A stretch of DNA of 26,307 nucleotides, from positions 496,001 to 522,307 of the forward strand of contig MU057377.1 of assembly GCA_013265495.1 (NCBI GenBank). Direction: 5' to 3'. The DNA is from Vicugna vicugna. Its lineage: Eukaryota. Position numbers and translations under genes: made by a program. How positions within the stretch are numbered: the first letter of the stretch is position 1; each line of letters starts with the position of its first letter. The notes beneath the pieces are model-generated. The model did no database searches, was not told the origin of the DNA, and saw nothing but the letters and a program-made list of their open reading frames with translations. Positions 11,222-23,814 of this stretch are shown one piece after another.

Positions 11222-11327
11222 GTGAGAAGGCTCATCAGTGTGAAGAATGTGGAAAATGCTTTGGTCGTAGGGATCACCTCACTGTTCATTACAAAAGTGT
11301 ACACCTCGGAGAGAAAGTGTGGCAGAA
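11222..11327 (+). CDS. ZBTB41: ZBTB41 coding exon G (106 nt, phase 1 to 2): (G)EKAHQCEECGKCFGRRDHLTVHYKSVHLGEKVWQ(K)
   Basis: Acceptor tatttgtgtctttaag ends at 11221 (AAG type); donor GAA|gtaagt; one complete finger. Confidence 0.95.
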
Positions 11328-12234
11328 GTAAGTGAAAAGGCAGAGTTTCTCATCATTATTACCTTGGATAAGTCTGAGCTGGAGGGAAGTTACAACTTGT
11401 CTCATAGTTGATTTTGTTTTTCTGGGGATGGAGTAACCAGTTCCTTCTCCAGCTTCTGTTGCTTCCCTGCAGACCGGAAGGAACTGAATGCAGCATATTG
11501 CTCATACTTGTTTTCAGTTGATTCAAAGGCTAGGAGGCGGAAGACGTTGAAATGAATGACTGGTATAAAATCTTGGCATTCTTTCGGAATTTCATTTAGG
11601 TTTGCTTGCAGTGGCTCTTGGGGAGCTAAATATAAATAAATATACTACCTATATGTTATGCTTAGTATGACAGTCATTGGGAAAAGTTTGTAGTCAGAAC
11701 TTAAATCTCTTTTTAATCACACTAAGCATTTAAAATGAAATGGCGTTTTATTTGAAGGAGGCATGTGCTGTCGTTGAACATCAACTTCTTGATACAATTT
11801 AGACATCCAGGTTTAACTGAGATTAGTTGTTGAGTGTAAAATATTCAAAGAATTCATGTTCTTGACTAATATTTGGAGCAGCTGGTAAATAATAGACATG
11901 GTCTGAGGTGCCAAGAAACTGAGTGTAATGATGCCATGAGCAACAAAATACACACGGTATCTAAGTGTAGTAAATGGTAGACCCCTTTGAAGAGGAGTAG
12001 GGAGTGTTGATTTGTATTTTTTTTCCATTTTCATGTATTAGTTGATTGCGTCTTTCAGTGATGCACTCATTGAATCAGAGTTCACTGTAGTCACTGAACT
12101 CTTGTGTTCATTAGCCCAGGAGCGCTGCTCAGAGCTAGGGTGGAGAGGTAGGCACAAGGCTGTCGGGGTGGGACAGGAGAAGGCCAGCATTACTGGAAGA
12201 GCGGGCAGGAAGTACAGCTGCGGACCCACTTGCT

Positions 12235-13265
12235 CCAGAGATTCAGTAACTTTTTTCCTCCACCCCTTTATACCCTTTAAAATTATTTAGTACCCCAGGG
12301 GCTTTTGTATGTATAAATTATAATATGAAAATTGTATTACTGTTTGAATAAATTACATAATCATATTAGGAATTAAAGTAAGAAAAAAACAAGTACTTAT
12401 TTATTAATTCATTTAAAATAATAGTGTATACATCACATGCTAACATAATAAATAGCAATTTTGTGGAAAGTAACTACAAAACAAAATAAATATAAAAGAG
12501 CAGCATTGTTTGACATTTTTGCAAATCTCTTTAATGGCTTAATAGAAGACAGGTGGATTGTCTTATGTGCTCTTATGTGTTATTTTGTTTGAAGTAAACG
12601 AAGAAAATCTAGCTTAGTCAGACACATAGTTGGTAAAAGGAGTGCAGGAGGATCACAGTTTCACAGCCTTCGTAGAAAATTGTGGATGTGACTCTTTGCT
12701 CCTACACCAAAACTAAACAAGGGGTTGTTTCTTCAAGGTAGCTGTAAGCTGGAATCTGAAACAAGATTACTGATGTTTCCCTGCTCTGTCACATTCAGCC
12801 TGTTGGTCTGTCTTTAGTCTGAAATGGATTTTTAACTTACGTATAATATTGTAATATCATGCGTTTGTCATTTGAAGATACGGGTTCACTGATTTAGGCA
12901 GATTTTCCCCACGTTAGCACATTTCACAATACGGAGTCAGCAAATCACATTTGTTAGTATTACCTTCAGTCCCTCAGAAAGGAGAGTTGGGAGGCTGTCC
13001 AGATCACAGGGGCAGATGCAAGTTTTCCAAACTTGTAACGTTAGCTTGAAAACTCAAATTTTATCGTCAATGACAGATAATGTCAGTTTTTCCCTTGAAG
13101 TGACAGGCTTACTTCATTTAACTTTTGAGAAAATATCTGCCAAACACTCAAGTCTAACTGTACTTTGATGTCCAGTCTTTCAAGTAAAATGGTATTTCAT
13201 GAAAGGAGGGCCCCTTCAGCTCACAGCTCGGTCTCACAGGCGCCTCTGAGACAGTGTCTTGGGGT
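12235..13265 (-). mobile_element. hAT-Charlie DNA transposon remnant (Charlie1/Charlie1a-like)
   Basis: Characteristic Charlie1 segments: cccctttatacc.ttaaaattatt..accccag.g.cttttgt, cattttgcaaatctctttaat..gcttaatagaagacag.tggatt, gaagaaaatctagc, ctacaccaaaact..acaag, ttcccttgaagtgacaggct.acttcatt. Ends and strand approximate. Confidence 0.8.
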
Positions 13266-13547
13266 GCAGTAATAATTCAAAAGTTCAGTGAGTACAAGCT
13301 TAAAATTAAGTGGTTTAGAGTTGAAAATCTAAGGGCATCTTTTTATAGATTTGTTTGTTGACTATAACTGGAGTTCCTCGAACCAGAGATAAGGTTGATA
13401 CTTAAAAAGTATTTCCATGTTCCTTTGGAGCTCTGTGCTTTAATAATGTGAGAATTATATATGAAGTTGTCAATGAAATTGCAACTTATTTTTATTATGT
13501 TATTTACTAAAGTTACATTAAAAAATTTAAACCTTTTTAATTTTTAG

Positions 13548-13636
13548 ATATAAAGCAACCTTTCATCAATGTGATGTTTGTAAGAAAATTTTTAAAGGCA
13601 AATCAAGTCTGGAAATGCATTTTCGGACGCATTCAG
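13548..13636 (+). CDS. ZBTB41: ZBTB41 coding exon H (89 nt, phase 2 to 1): (K)YKATFHQCDVCKKIFKGKSSLEMHFRTHS(G)
   Basis: Acceptor cctttttaatttttag ends at 13547; donor CAG|gtaaaa; one complete finger. Confidence 0.96.
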
Positions 13637-14875
13637 GTAAAACCTAATGGGTACTTTATTATATATTTTTATGTAGTTTAGTCAAGTAATATATGGACAT
13701 TTATACTTTATTGTACTTAATGAAATAGTTCTGTTTTTCCCCCAGTAAGATTTTTATTTATTAAAGCTGATATCATGAATGGGCAATATTCTGGTCTTCT
13801 CTTTCTTATATAAGCTTCAGTACTTTTGAATATCATTTTGTAGAATTTGGGGAAGATTTTTTTCCTTGGGAATTTTTTCAACTTTTAGTTCTCGTTTTCC
13901 TCTTTTGTGGTTGTTTAGATTCCTCAATATCTGTGACTCTCTGAAGACATCTCTTTTATTTTTTCCTTCTTTTTTAAAAGAGTGATTCAAATGTGACCTC
14001 ACTTTCTTGCTTACCAAGTTACCGCTGTGTAGTTTTCCTTTTCACGTGGTCAGTTGTGATTGACAGGTAGTTGCAGCAGAAGGCTTTGCTTCAGCTGCTT
14101 ATCCAGAAGTTACCGTTTCTGATTCTTTTTCCCCGTGGCAGGGCTGCCATATTTTGAAACGTGGATTGTTGGATTTTTTTTCTTATATGTTGTCATAGTT
14201 CTTGTTTGACTTCTCATGTAAATTAACAATTTGTAAAATTTTCTTTCCTTCTTTTTAAGAAAGAAACTCATTTATGCATTTATGACTGCTTTGTTTTACA
14301 TTTAGTTTGGATTTAGTCAAGCTGTTCTGGAAGAGAAGAATTGATTTCTTAAATAGAATGGGAAATAACTGGATTTGGGCGATTTCAGTAGCAAAGAATT
14401 GCAGTTAAAAATTTATTACTGATGCAGTACTGCTGTTAAAAATAAAATTACTGCTCCCCTCCAAATGAAAATGTCATAATTTGGGGGGTACATAAATAAG
14501 ACTGTAAAATGAGGAAACTATATTAATGCTATTCTCCATATTAGTTGTAAGTAATACGCCTCATAAACTCATGATTTGAAAGAGATGGTGAACTTAAACA
14601 AAAGTTAATTGGAGACCACTGATGATTTAAGAATTGTAAAACTATAGGAATTACATTAATCACACCTGGCTTTATAAGTGCATTAAGTTTTTGAAGACAT
14701 TGATTTATAGTAAGTAGTTGATGACCAGTGACACTGGAATTTCCATCTCTGGGTAGCTCGCAGTTGGTTGGAATTACGGACAAGTCCCTCAGCCCATTTA
14801 AAATTCAGGAAGTGAGCTCTATTATAGGATAAGACAAAGCTTATGGCAGTTAGGAGAAGGAGAAATTGTTTAAAG

Positions 14876-15091
14876 TGGGGTCAGCTCATTTTTTCTGGTA
14901 AAGGGCTGGTTAGTAAATATTTAAGGCTTTGTGGGTCAGTCTCCATCACAGCCACTCAGCTCTGCTGTTGTAACATGAAGCAGCCCTAGACAAGGTGTAA
15001 ATAAATGAACGTGGCCACATTCCAGCATGTAATTTACCAAAACAGGCAAGAGGCTGCATTTGGCTTTCAGGTCATAGTTTGCAAACTCCTG
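14876..15091 (-). mobile_element. MER58A (hAT-Charlie non-autonomous element)
   Basis: ggggtcagc..ttttttct.gtaaagggc.gg.tagtaaatattt.aggctttg.ggg...actcagctctgc.gttgta...gcagcc.tagaca...tagtttgcaaactcctg; degenerate 8-bp TSD gtttaaag/atttaaac. Confidence 0.88.
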
Positions 15092-15724
15092 ATTTAAACT
15101 GCAGCTGGCTCCCCAGACAGGACTTCACAGAGCGGCTGTTGCAAGACGGGGCACCATGTCCCCAAGCCCATTCCTGAGGTTTATAGGTCCAGAAGCTCAG
15201 GTTTCTGTCTGTGCACTGAAAGTCACAAGCCTTGTGAGGAGTGCTTCACAGTAACCACTGCAAGCAGACGCGCCACGTCAGCCTGCTGTTCACCACCTGG
15301 AGAACGAGCTACTGACTTGTGCTGGCCAAGGTGTTCATTTTGTCTTATCCTGGAAGCAGAGGTGCTAAATGTATTCATGAGAAGGAGAACTGCTAAGTGT
15401 AGTTACAGGATACAATTAGGTAATGACTATATGGAGTCATTCAGTGAGTAAATAGTGAAGGGTGCCACGCCCTCTTTCCTGCTCCCACGGTGCACCTCTC
15501 CGGTGACCAGAATGACCTGGTTCCCCAGGTTCTTTCAGTGTGGATCCCCTGAGTGCACTGTCTGTACTGTGGATTCTTCTTTTGTGGAATCCCCTTAACC
15601 AAGCTCCACATGGAGTTTTCCTGTTCTTTGAAAGAGGACATGCTCCTTTTTAGAAGAGGTACAAATGGATTGGTTTCAGTTTTGGCCAGGTCAGTACCCT
15701 TAAGTGTTTCAAATGAGTAGATAT

Positions 15725-15787
15725 GGTCAGTGCCTAGCCCAGGACTTGCAAACAGTAAGTGTTTAATAAATGTTCAGTGAATGAATT
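15725..15787 (+). mobile_element. L2 3' terminus
   Basis: cagtgcctagc.cagga.c.tg..acagtaagtg.ttaataaatgtt..gtgaatgaat is the typical L2 tail. Confidence 0.65.
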
Positions 15788-16059
15788 TATCAAATTTTCC
15801 TGTGACTACCCTCTAATCTAGTTTATATTTTCCAACCACACAATTAGAGAAATTCATTGGGAAATGGATATAAGATTTTCTACAAATGCCTTACTCTCAT
15901 CTCTTACAAGTTTTGCCTGAATGATTCTCAGAGTAGTAATTGCATCTGTTCTTCAGCAGTAGTCTTGTTGAGACATAATACATTCAGTTAAAATGAATGT
16001 AAATAAAGCTAATACATTTAGGGCTTGATTTTCGACTGGGCGGAATTTTTATGCTGTTT

Positions 16060-19000
16060 TTATGGATGTGTAACACAGTACATGAGTGAATTTTTATAAA
16101 TGAGTGCTTCCATGTAAGCACCACTCAGGTCAGGGTGTAGGACATTACCAGAACTCCGAAAGCACCCTCCCGGGCCTCTCCCAGTCAGCCACCTTCTTGC
16201 AAAATCATCATTATTTTGACTCAATATCATCAATAATTAGTTTTCTTCTTGGAGCTTCATATAATAATGGAATCATACAGAATGCACTCTTTTGTCAGGT
16301 TTCTTTTCAGTAATATCATGTCTGAGATTCATCCATGGAAATACCTTTTTTTATTTTCATATGAATATATCAAAATTTATTTTCCTATTATACTGTGATG
16401 GACAATTGGCTTGTGTTACTTGGGTTTGTTATAAATAAAGCTGCTCTAAACATTCTTGTCTGTGATTTTCCATCACACATGCATTCATTTCTCTTCTGTA
16501 CATGCCGTTTTTTTCTGTAACCTTCTGAAGATTTATTTTAACTTATGTATTTAGATTATGAACTTTCTCTGATTTATTTTTGTGTTTATTATTAGGTAAA
16601 TGTCAAAGTTTTTTTTTTTTTTTTACTTATCTAATGGCCCCAGCACTTCTTGGAAAGATCATCCTTGCCTCACAGCATTTCACTGGTATATTTGTTTTAA
16701 ATTAAGTGATCACATATGTGTGGTTTGTTTCTGAACTCTCTTCTGTTCCATTGGACTGTTTGTATATCCTTGCACCATTTAAATTACCATGGCTTTGATA
16801 TCTTGTAGTGTAAGTCCTCCAGCTTTGTTCTTTTTCAGTGTCTTTCTTATTCTTTTTCCTGTAAGTTTTTTTATGAATTTAGAAACAACCTCTTAATTTC
16901 CAAACACAGACACTTTCTGGGAATTTTACTAGAACGTCATTGAATCCATAGTCAGTTTTTCCTTAATTGATTGTCTTCACAATATTGAATCCTCCAATCC
17001 ATGAACACAGTACATCTGTTCACTAATTGAAGTCTTTTAAAATTTTTCTCAAAGATGTTTTGTTTTTAGTGCAGCTGTCACACACATCTTTTATAAGATT
17101 TATACCTAGATATTTGGTGTTTTTGTACAAAATTGTGGACTATATTTTTTCTTTCGTTTGTTTTTGATACACAGAAATGAAGTTAAGTTTGTGTATTGAC
17201 TTTTATCCAGTGACTTTGCTGAGTTCTCTTACTGACTTTTGTAGGTTAGCTACTTTCAGATTTTCTAAGATACAGACTGGCCATCTGAGCAATCACAGGT
17301 TTACTTACTCTTTCAAGTCCTCGCATACCCCACCCCACGCCTTACTGCTTTGGTTCGCAGCACAAGTGGTGTATTGATAGTGGAAATCCTTGTCTCCACA
17401 GAATAGCTTTCAGTATTTCATAACTGAGTATGTATTCTATAGATTTTTGTAGATACTCTTTTTCAGATAAATCACCATCTATTCCTAGTTTATTTACAGG
17501 GTTTGTCATGAATAGGTGTTGAATTTTATCAGATTTTTTCTTTGCTTTTATTGAGGTGATCATGTTTCTTTTTATTACTGTAATACATTGATTTTGTTTT
17601 TGTTTTGGGTTTTTGTTTTTGGTTTTGGTTTTTTTTTTTTTTTTTATTTCTTTATTTTATTTTTTTTGTTTTTTTTTTGGGTTTTTTTTTTTTTTTGGTC
17701 TATATTCATGAGACATATTGCCTGTTCGTTTTTCCTTGTTGTGTCCCTGACAGATTTTGTTATCATGACTATGCTGGCATCAAAAAATCGTTTGGGAAAT
17801 AGTACATCTTTTTCAGTTAACTGGAGGAGTTTATATAACATTGGCATTATTTCCTCATTAATATTTGGAAGAATTCACTGATAAATTCCTCTGAACTTGT
17901 TTTCTTTGGAGAAAGGTTTCAACTAAAGATTCTTAAAAAGTTACAGAGCTGTCAGATTTTCAATTCTTGTTTCACTTTTAAGGAATTTTGTTTAATCTAA
18001 AATATCAAGTCTGCTGGCAGAATTAAGAGTATCATATTATTTATCTTTTTAAGGATGATAGGATCTTTAATGATAAACTTTTTTCATTCCTATTACTGGT
18101 AATTTGTTTTTTTCTTTCTGGGAATTTATGGATTTTATTAATATTTTCAAAGAACTATTAGATTTTGTTGATTTTTTTTCACTTTTATATTTGTCGTATT
18201 TTTTTTCCTGTTTTCTCTTTTTTATTCTATTTTATTTGGGTTTAACGTCTGTCTTTCCCTTTCTTCTTTTTATGGACGCCTAATAATTAAATTTGGCATT
18301 TCTTATTTCTTACTGTATGTGTTTTAAACTTCTAAAGTGTCTCTAAACACTACTTCAGTTACATTTCACACCTCATTTTATATTTTGTTTTTATTATAAT
18401 TCAGCTAAAAATGTTTTCTAATGTCTTTTCTGATTTATTCTTTTTATTTGTGATTTATTTTAAATTGTATTGCCCAATTCCTAAATGTTTTGGGATTTTC
18501 TTGAGTATTTTTGTTACTAATGTCTAGAAATTGATTCCACTTTTGTCAGAGAATGTATTTCATTCAGATATTCTGCATTCTTACTGATATTTTTGTGTAC
18601 TAATTTTGTAAGTTACTGAGAGACCTATGTTAAAACCTCTACCCAGTTTATTGTAAATTATCTGTTTTTCCTTTTGAGTTCTTCTGTTTTGCGCTCTGTA
18701 TATTTTGAGGATGTGTTACTAGATATGTACAGATGGTTATATCTTACTGTTGACTGGCCCTTTTCATCACTGTAAAATGTCCCTCTTTATGCTGGCTAAT
18801 GACACATAAGCTCTCTTTGGGGTAATACTTATACAGTATATTTTTTCTTTTTACTTTCACTCCTGTGGACCTGTATTTAAGATGTATGTTTTTGGAATAT
18901 TTTTTATTATCTATTGTGATATCTCTTTTAATTGGAATGTTTAATTCATTCAAATTTCATGATTTCTCATTTATTTGGGTTTAGATGTATCATGCTGTTT

Positions 19001-19750
19001 TGTTTCCTGATGCTTTTTTTCTTGTCTTCATTTCCTTGTAATCATGAAGTATTTTTATTACCCATTTTTCCTTCAGTTTGCTTGTTAATTCTATGTTCTT
19101 TCAGTATTCTTTCAGTAGAGCACAGTGTATGTTCTTAAATTATGAGTCTGTCTTAAATCAGTCCTCCATCCCTTTCTAGACAATACAAAGACCCTACAAC
19201 ACCCTCACCTTTCTTACTCTGTGCATTGTATGAAATTTAATTCTACATATACTTTAAACCACATAAGACAGTATTATTTTGTTTGCTTTAAATAGCCAGT
19301 ATCATTTGTTTTTAACCATTTTTACCCCTCATTCTTCACTCCTTCCTGTGTGACCATTCTTCTACCTGAAGTCATTGTCTTTAGTGTGCATATCTGCCAG
19401 CACTAAATTAAATTCTCTTCGGTTTCGATTGTCTGAGAATGTTTTTATTTTACTTTATGGAGAATATTTGGCTGACTGTAGAACTTATATTAGCAGTTAT
19501 TTTCTGTCTTAGACTTTTAACAGTGTTATTATAGTGTGCCCAGATGTGCTTTTCTGATCTTTGCTTTAGGTTTTGTTGTTGTATTTATTGGGGTCTGTAG
19601 AAATTACTGCATCTATGACTTGGTGTCTTTCTTTCATTTAGGCAGAGTCTCAGCCATTTTTTCTTTCAAAGGCTAATTTTGACCTATCCCCTCTCCTCTT
19701 TCTGGGACTGCAGTTAAATGTTTACTAGACTATTCACTTTGTCCTATGTT
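16060..19750 (-). mobile_element. ancient, internally deleted L1M element (3'UTR, ORF2 RT and EN remnants, part of 5' region), antisense
   Basis: Minus-strand ORFs are decayed ORF2: MITSIKAKKKSDKIQHLFMTNPVNKLGIDG (cf. MIISIDAEKAFDKIQHPFM..LNKLGIDG), FFDASIVMITKSVRDTTRKNEQAICLMNID (cf. [31 protein letters not shown]), and NELNIPIKR...KEGHFTVMKRASQQ (endonuclease domain). Boundaries approximate. Confidence 0.88.
17593..17697 (+). repeat. T-rich low-complexity tract (about 105 nt of T runs punctuated by G/A/C)
   Basis: Directly visible; longest pure run is about 18 T. Confidence 0.95.
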
Positions 19751-19819
19751 ATCTTTCCTGCAAGTAGCTTCCCCAGTGCAAGTTTTTGAGGTGACAGCCC
19801 TGTGGGTGGGCTGTGTGAC

Positions 19820-20232
19820 ACCAGGCACAAACCTCATGTTGGTTGGGCTGCATTTCTTTCAGGAGTCTCCAGGGAGGAATTTGTCTCCTGCTCAGCTGGG
19901 TCACTGTTAGAATCTGTTCTTTGAGTTGCTGGATCAGGACCAGGTTCTAGTTTTCTAACTGGTTGTAAGCCGAGAGCATTCCCAGCTTCTGGAGGCTGCC
20001 ACGCTCCTTGGGTCCTGGCCCCCTTCTTCCATTTTCAGAACCAGCAGGGCGGGGTGGGGTTCTCTGTGGCCCTGCTTTTAAAGACTCACGTGATTAGGTT
20101 GGGCCCACCTGGTTAATCTCCCCGCTTGAAGATCTTTCATCTTAATCACATCTGCAAAGTCCTGATCACCGCATAAGGTAACAGAATCACAGCTTCGGAG
20201 ATTAGAAGCTGTACTTACTCTGCTAACTACCA
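19820..20232 (-). mobile_element. MaLR solo LTR (MLT1D/E-like)
   Basis: gggctgcatt.cttt.ggag.ctc.aggg.ggaat.tgt.tcc, ccagcttctggaggctgcc.c..tccttgg.tc.tggccccc, gactcacgtgattag.ttgggcccacctgg.taatc, cttaatcacatctgcaaagtcc, taaggtaaca...tcacag, ctgc..actacca. Confidence 0.85.
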
Positions 20233-20494
20233 TGGCTACTCTAGGAATTTATGATGTTTCATATGAAAAAAGCGAAAAACAAAACTACAGTGTGAGAACC
20301 TGACTCAGGAAGAATTGAAAACTGGTCCAGATTCCTTAGTCTTGATTTTGACCTCAGGCCAGACATCAGTATTAGTACCTCTTACTCTGATCCAAAGAAA
20401 TAGTATTTCAATTTTTACCCTTCTTGGGTAGGAGAAAATCAAATGCTTTGGTTTTACAACTTTTTTAGGGGCAATAGTGGGAGTAATAGCAAGC

Positions 20495-20758
20495 AATAAT
20501 AGTAGTAACAGCTTAGTTTTATCAAGTATTTACTGTGTGCCGGAGTGGTGCCAAGCACTATTGCTTCCTTTTCTCATTCAGTCCTTTCACCAGCTCTGTG
20601 AGGTAGGTCAGTAGTATTACACATTACAGGTGAGGAAACCATGCTTAGAGGTTGGGGAGCTTGCTCGAGGTTGGCTAGTAGCCGGTTTAGCTAGAATCAA
20701 ACCCAGATCTTTTTGATGATTGAGCCCATTCTCTATACCAGTTACTATACTGTCTCTA
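20495..20758 (-). mobile_element. near full-length MIR SINE
   Basis: Reverse complement of MIR consensus: tatttactgtgtgcc.g...gtgccaagcact..ctcattca.tcct..ca.cagc.ctgtgaggtagg..ttacaggtgaggaaac..gcttagaggt..cttgc.c.aggt..aatcaaacccagatct..actatactg. Confidence 0.85.
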
Positions 20759-20894
20759 CTTTGTGACAGCAGATAGTATTACTGCTTTTATTAAGTTCTT
20801 GTAAGTATTCACATGGAAAATTTGCTACTTAATTAAAAACATTGTCTTACCAAGTAAGTGCATTTTATGCTTAATTTCATTTGTGTTCATACAG

Positions 20895-21550
20895 GTGAAA
20901 AACCATACAAGTGTCAAATCTGCAATCAATCTTTTAGAATTAAGAAAACTTTAACAAAACACCTGGTTATTCATTCTGATGCCCGGCCTTTCAACTGTCA
21001 GCACTGTAATGCAACATTTAAGCGGAAAGACAAGCTGAAATACCACATTGACCATGTTCATGGCATAAAATCTCCTGACGATCCTCTCAGTGCTTCTGAG
21101 GAGAAGCTTGTATCCGTGCCAGCAGAGTACTCATCTGACGATAAAATCTTTCAGGCAGAAACGAAACAATATATGGACCAGCCCAAAGTTTACCAGTCGG
21201 AAGCCAAGACCATGTTACAGAACGTGTCTGCTGAAGTGTGTGTCCCAGTAACGCTGGTTCCAGTCCAGATGCCTGACACCCAGAGTGACCTGGTGCGCCA
21301 CACGACCACTCTCCCGCCACCTCCTCACGAGATTTTGTCTCCACAGCCGCAGTCAGCTGATTACCCACGAGCAACGGATTTAGCTTTTCTGGAGAAATAC
21401 ACTCTTACTCCTCAACCTGCAAATATAGTTCATCCAGTCCGACCTGAACAAATGCTAGATCCTAGAGAACAGTCTTACCTTGGAACATTACTGGGCCTTG
21501 ATAACGCTACTGCTGTACAGAGTATTTCTAACAGCGAGCATCACTCATGA
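20895..21550 (+). CDS. ZBTB41: ZBTB41 last coding exon (656 coding nt incl. TGA): two C2H2 fingers and P/Q/S/T-rich C-terminal tail
   Basis: Acceptor tttcatttgtgttcatacag ends at 20894; (G)EKPYKCQIC...FNCQHC...HIDHVH...DLAFLEKYTLTPQPANIVHPVRPEQMLDPREQSYLGTLLGLD...EHHS*; stop TGA at 21548-21550. Confidence 0.97.
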
Positions 21551-23814
21551 GTAAATCTCACATTCCACAAACTGTTCTGATGGTTATGCACTAATGGTAG
21601 CCTAGAGCTGACGGCTTTTGAATTAGTAGGCTGCTATTTTTTCATTTTCTCTAGTTTCTCAAGTCCTCAGAACCGATTCAAATCAAGAAAAATCTATATC
21701 TCTGTTTACTGAACAAATGAATATTTGGACACATTTTGAGGTATAATATTTGAAATGGACATTTTTGTGATTTTTAAAGATTATTTAGTGCTAATTTTTA
21801 ATGGTTTCTCTAACTTTTCAAAACTATTAGCTGTTGACATTAGAAGGGTATTTTTTCTTAATCATCAGTGGAAATTTTTCTTCTTTAGTCTCATTCCTCT
21901 TTTCTCCCTTTCCCATCTTCCAGACAAGTGTTAAGGACCACATAGCCCTTAAGAAAGACCATTAAGGGTATCCTGAGAATTGCAGCTGTTCCTTGTCCTG
22001 ACTTAAGATTTGTTATTCTTCTTCCAGATTTTCAAAAGTTGAAATTAGGAATCTGAATTTATAAGAAGGTCTTGGATAGTTCTGTGTTCTTTTTTCATTT
22101 GGCCATAATTTTAGCTTATCACTAGCCTTTGGTCTTTTGACAAACTCAAAGCCAGAAAACTAACTAATGTAAGATAAGCTTGTTAAATGAAATGTAGAAT
22201 TGAAATGATTATCCAAATTATAGGTTTTTGCCTATGTTTCAGTTATTATGAATAAGAAATGCAAACACAGGTCTAGGCATTAAGTCATACAAGTTGAAAA
22301 TGTGTTAAAAGCAAAACACGACAGATATCTTTCAAGGTAAGTTCGCCTTCTATTTTGCCATTCATTTCAGAAACGTTAACAGTATATATCACAGCATCTA
22401 TCTTCATCTTACTGTGGGGGGACAGTTATTAATGAAAATTTAATTAACAAGCTACTTTTGGTCTCATTTATGTTGGCTATCTGAAACTCTGGGAAGCAGA
22501 ACCTAGAGATTTCATATAGAATTGCTTAGAAAAAGTGCCAAATTATAAAATTCATGTCTAATTAAACTTAAATGTTGTTTACTTTAATTAAAGGGAACCA
22601 CTACTTGTATACAGATTTACATGTAATCTAGATCTTTATTTTTGCTTTACATATAAGCCTAATGTCTGTAATTATCCTTGATTTTTATTTTTGTATGAGA
22701 CAAAAGTTGAGGACTTGGTGAAAGGAAACAGCAGTTAGAGCAAAACCTCACTGATTAAAAATAAATGAGAAAAAAGTCAGTCAAAATTGTAAAATACCTT
22801 TAAAGATGTGCACTTTCCATATTTTCAAGTCAATTTAAACTTAAACTAGGATAATATTTCCTGGTAGAGCTGCTTGAAGGATTAGAGAATAGGCAGGGTT
22901 GATTTACTATTAGCATGTCATTTGTTTGTAAACTACTGGAAAAGAGCAATTTTAAGAGTTTTCTAACAGTTTTGTTTACACTCCTAATTGCTTTAAGCAC
23001 TTTTTTTGTGTAAACTGTAAAGTCTGGCTCAGCCCTTGTGAAAAAGAATCACAAATAAAATAATGAAGTTTTAGTGAATAAAATTTAACCACTTAATAAT
23101 GTGGAAACTTGTTTGCTAAAGCACTTAAGAAATGAAGGTACTTTACCGGAACATTCACCACACTAGTGGAAATAAAACAAAAGAAAACCAATGTTGACAG
23201 TTGGGGCAGTTAACCAAAGTAGCTCATATAAATAGTAAAACCAACCCGAGTTTCGCCTCATTTATTGGAGTTTGGCTAGAATTATCCTAGGACCAACAGA
23301 TTCTTACTTTTGTGTGGAAATGTTCTGTCTGGGGTACTTACATGATAGAACTTGACTATATGAGGTACTATTAGTCTGTCTTTCAAATTAACTTTTAAAA
23401 ATACATGTCATTTTTTATCATAAAGACCTACAAAACTTTTAACTAAAAAACTTAGTACAATGAAAAGAAGTCATATTTTAAAATGTACCCTGCCTTGCAC
23501 ATAAACCAATGTAGAAAAGTTTTGACTTATAAAAAGGCAAAGGGTATATACATGTGTATGTGTGTGTGGGGTACATGACATGTTTGGTAGCAGAAAAGGG
23601 TGATGCATTTTTACATTGAAAAGAATACTTCGCTTTGTGAAGGTATTGACGTTAGAGTTCTTTTAATAATAATCTCCTAATGCTTTAAACATGATTTGAT
23701 TGTAGGAATTGGTTTACAGTATAGAACTTTCCTGGAATACATCTCTTATATAAAGTGAAACATAATTATAATTAGTTATTACTGTACATAACTTAAACTT
23801 GAATACTGGTTTAC

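Noticed and set aside
17588..17881. Phe-rich 'membrane' ORFs and a Lys-rich antisense ORF
   Set aside because: Translations of the T tract and decayed L1 ORF2.
21087..21374. 95-aa antisense ORF over the last exon
   Set aside because: Typical shadow ORF opposite a coding exon; no independent support.
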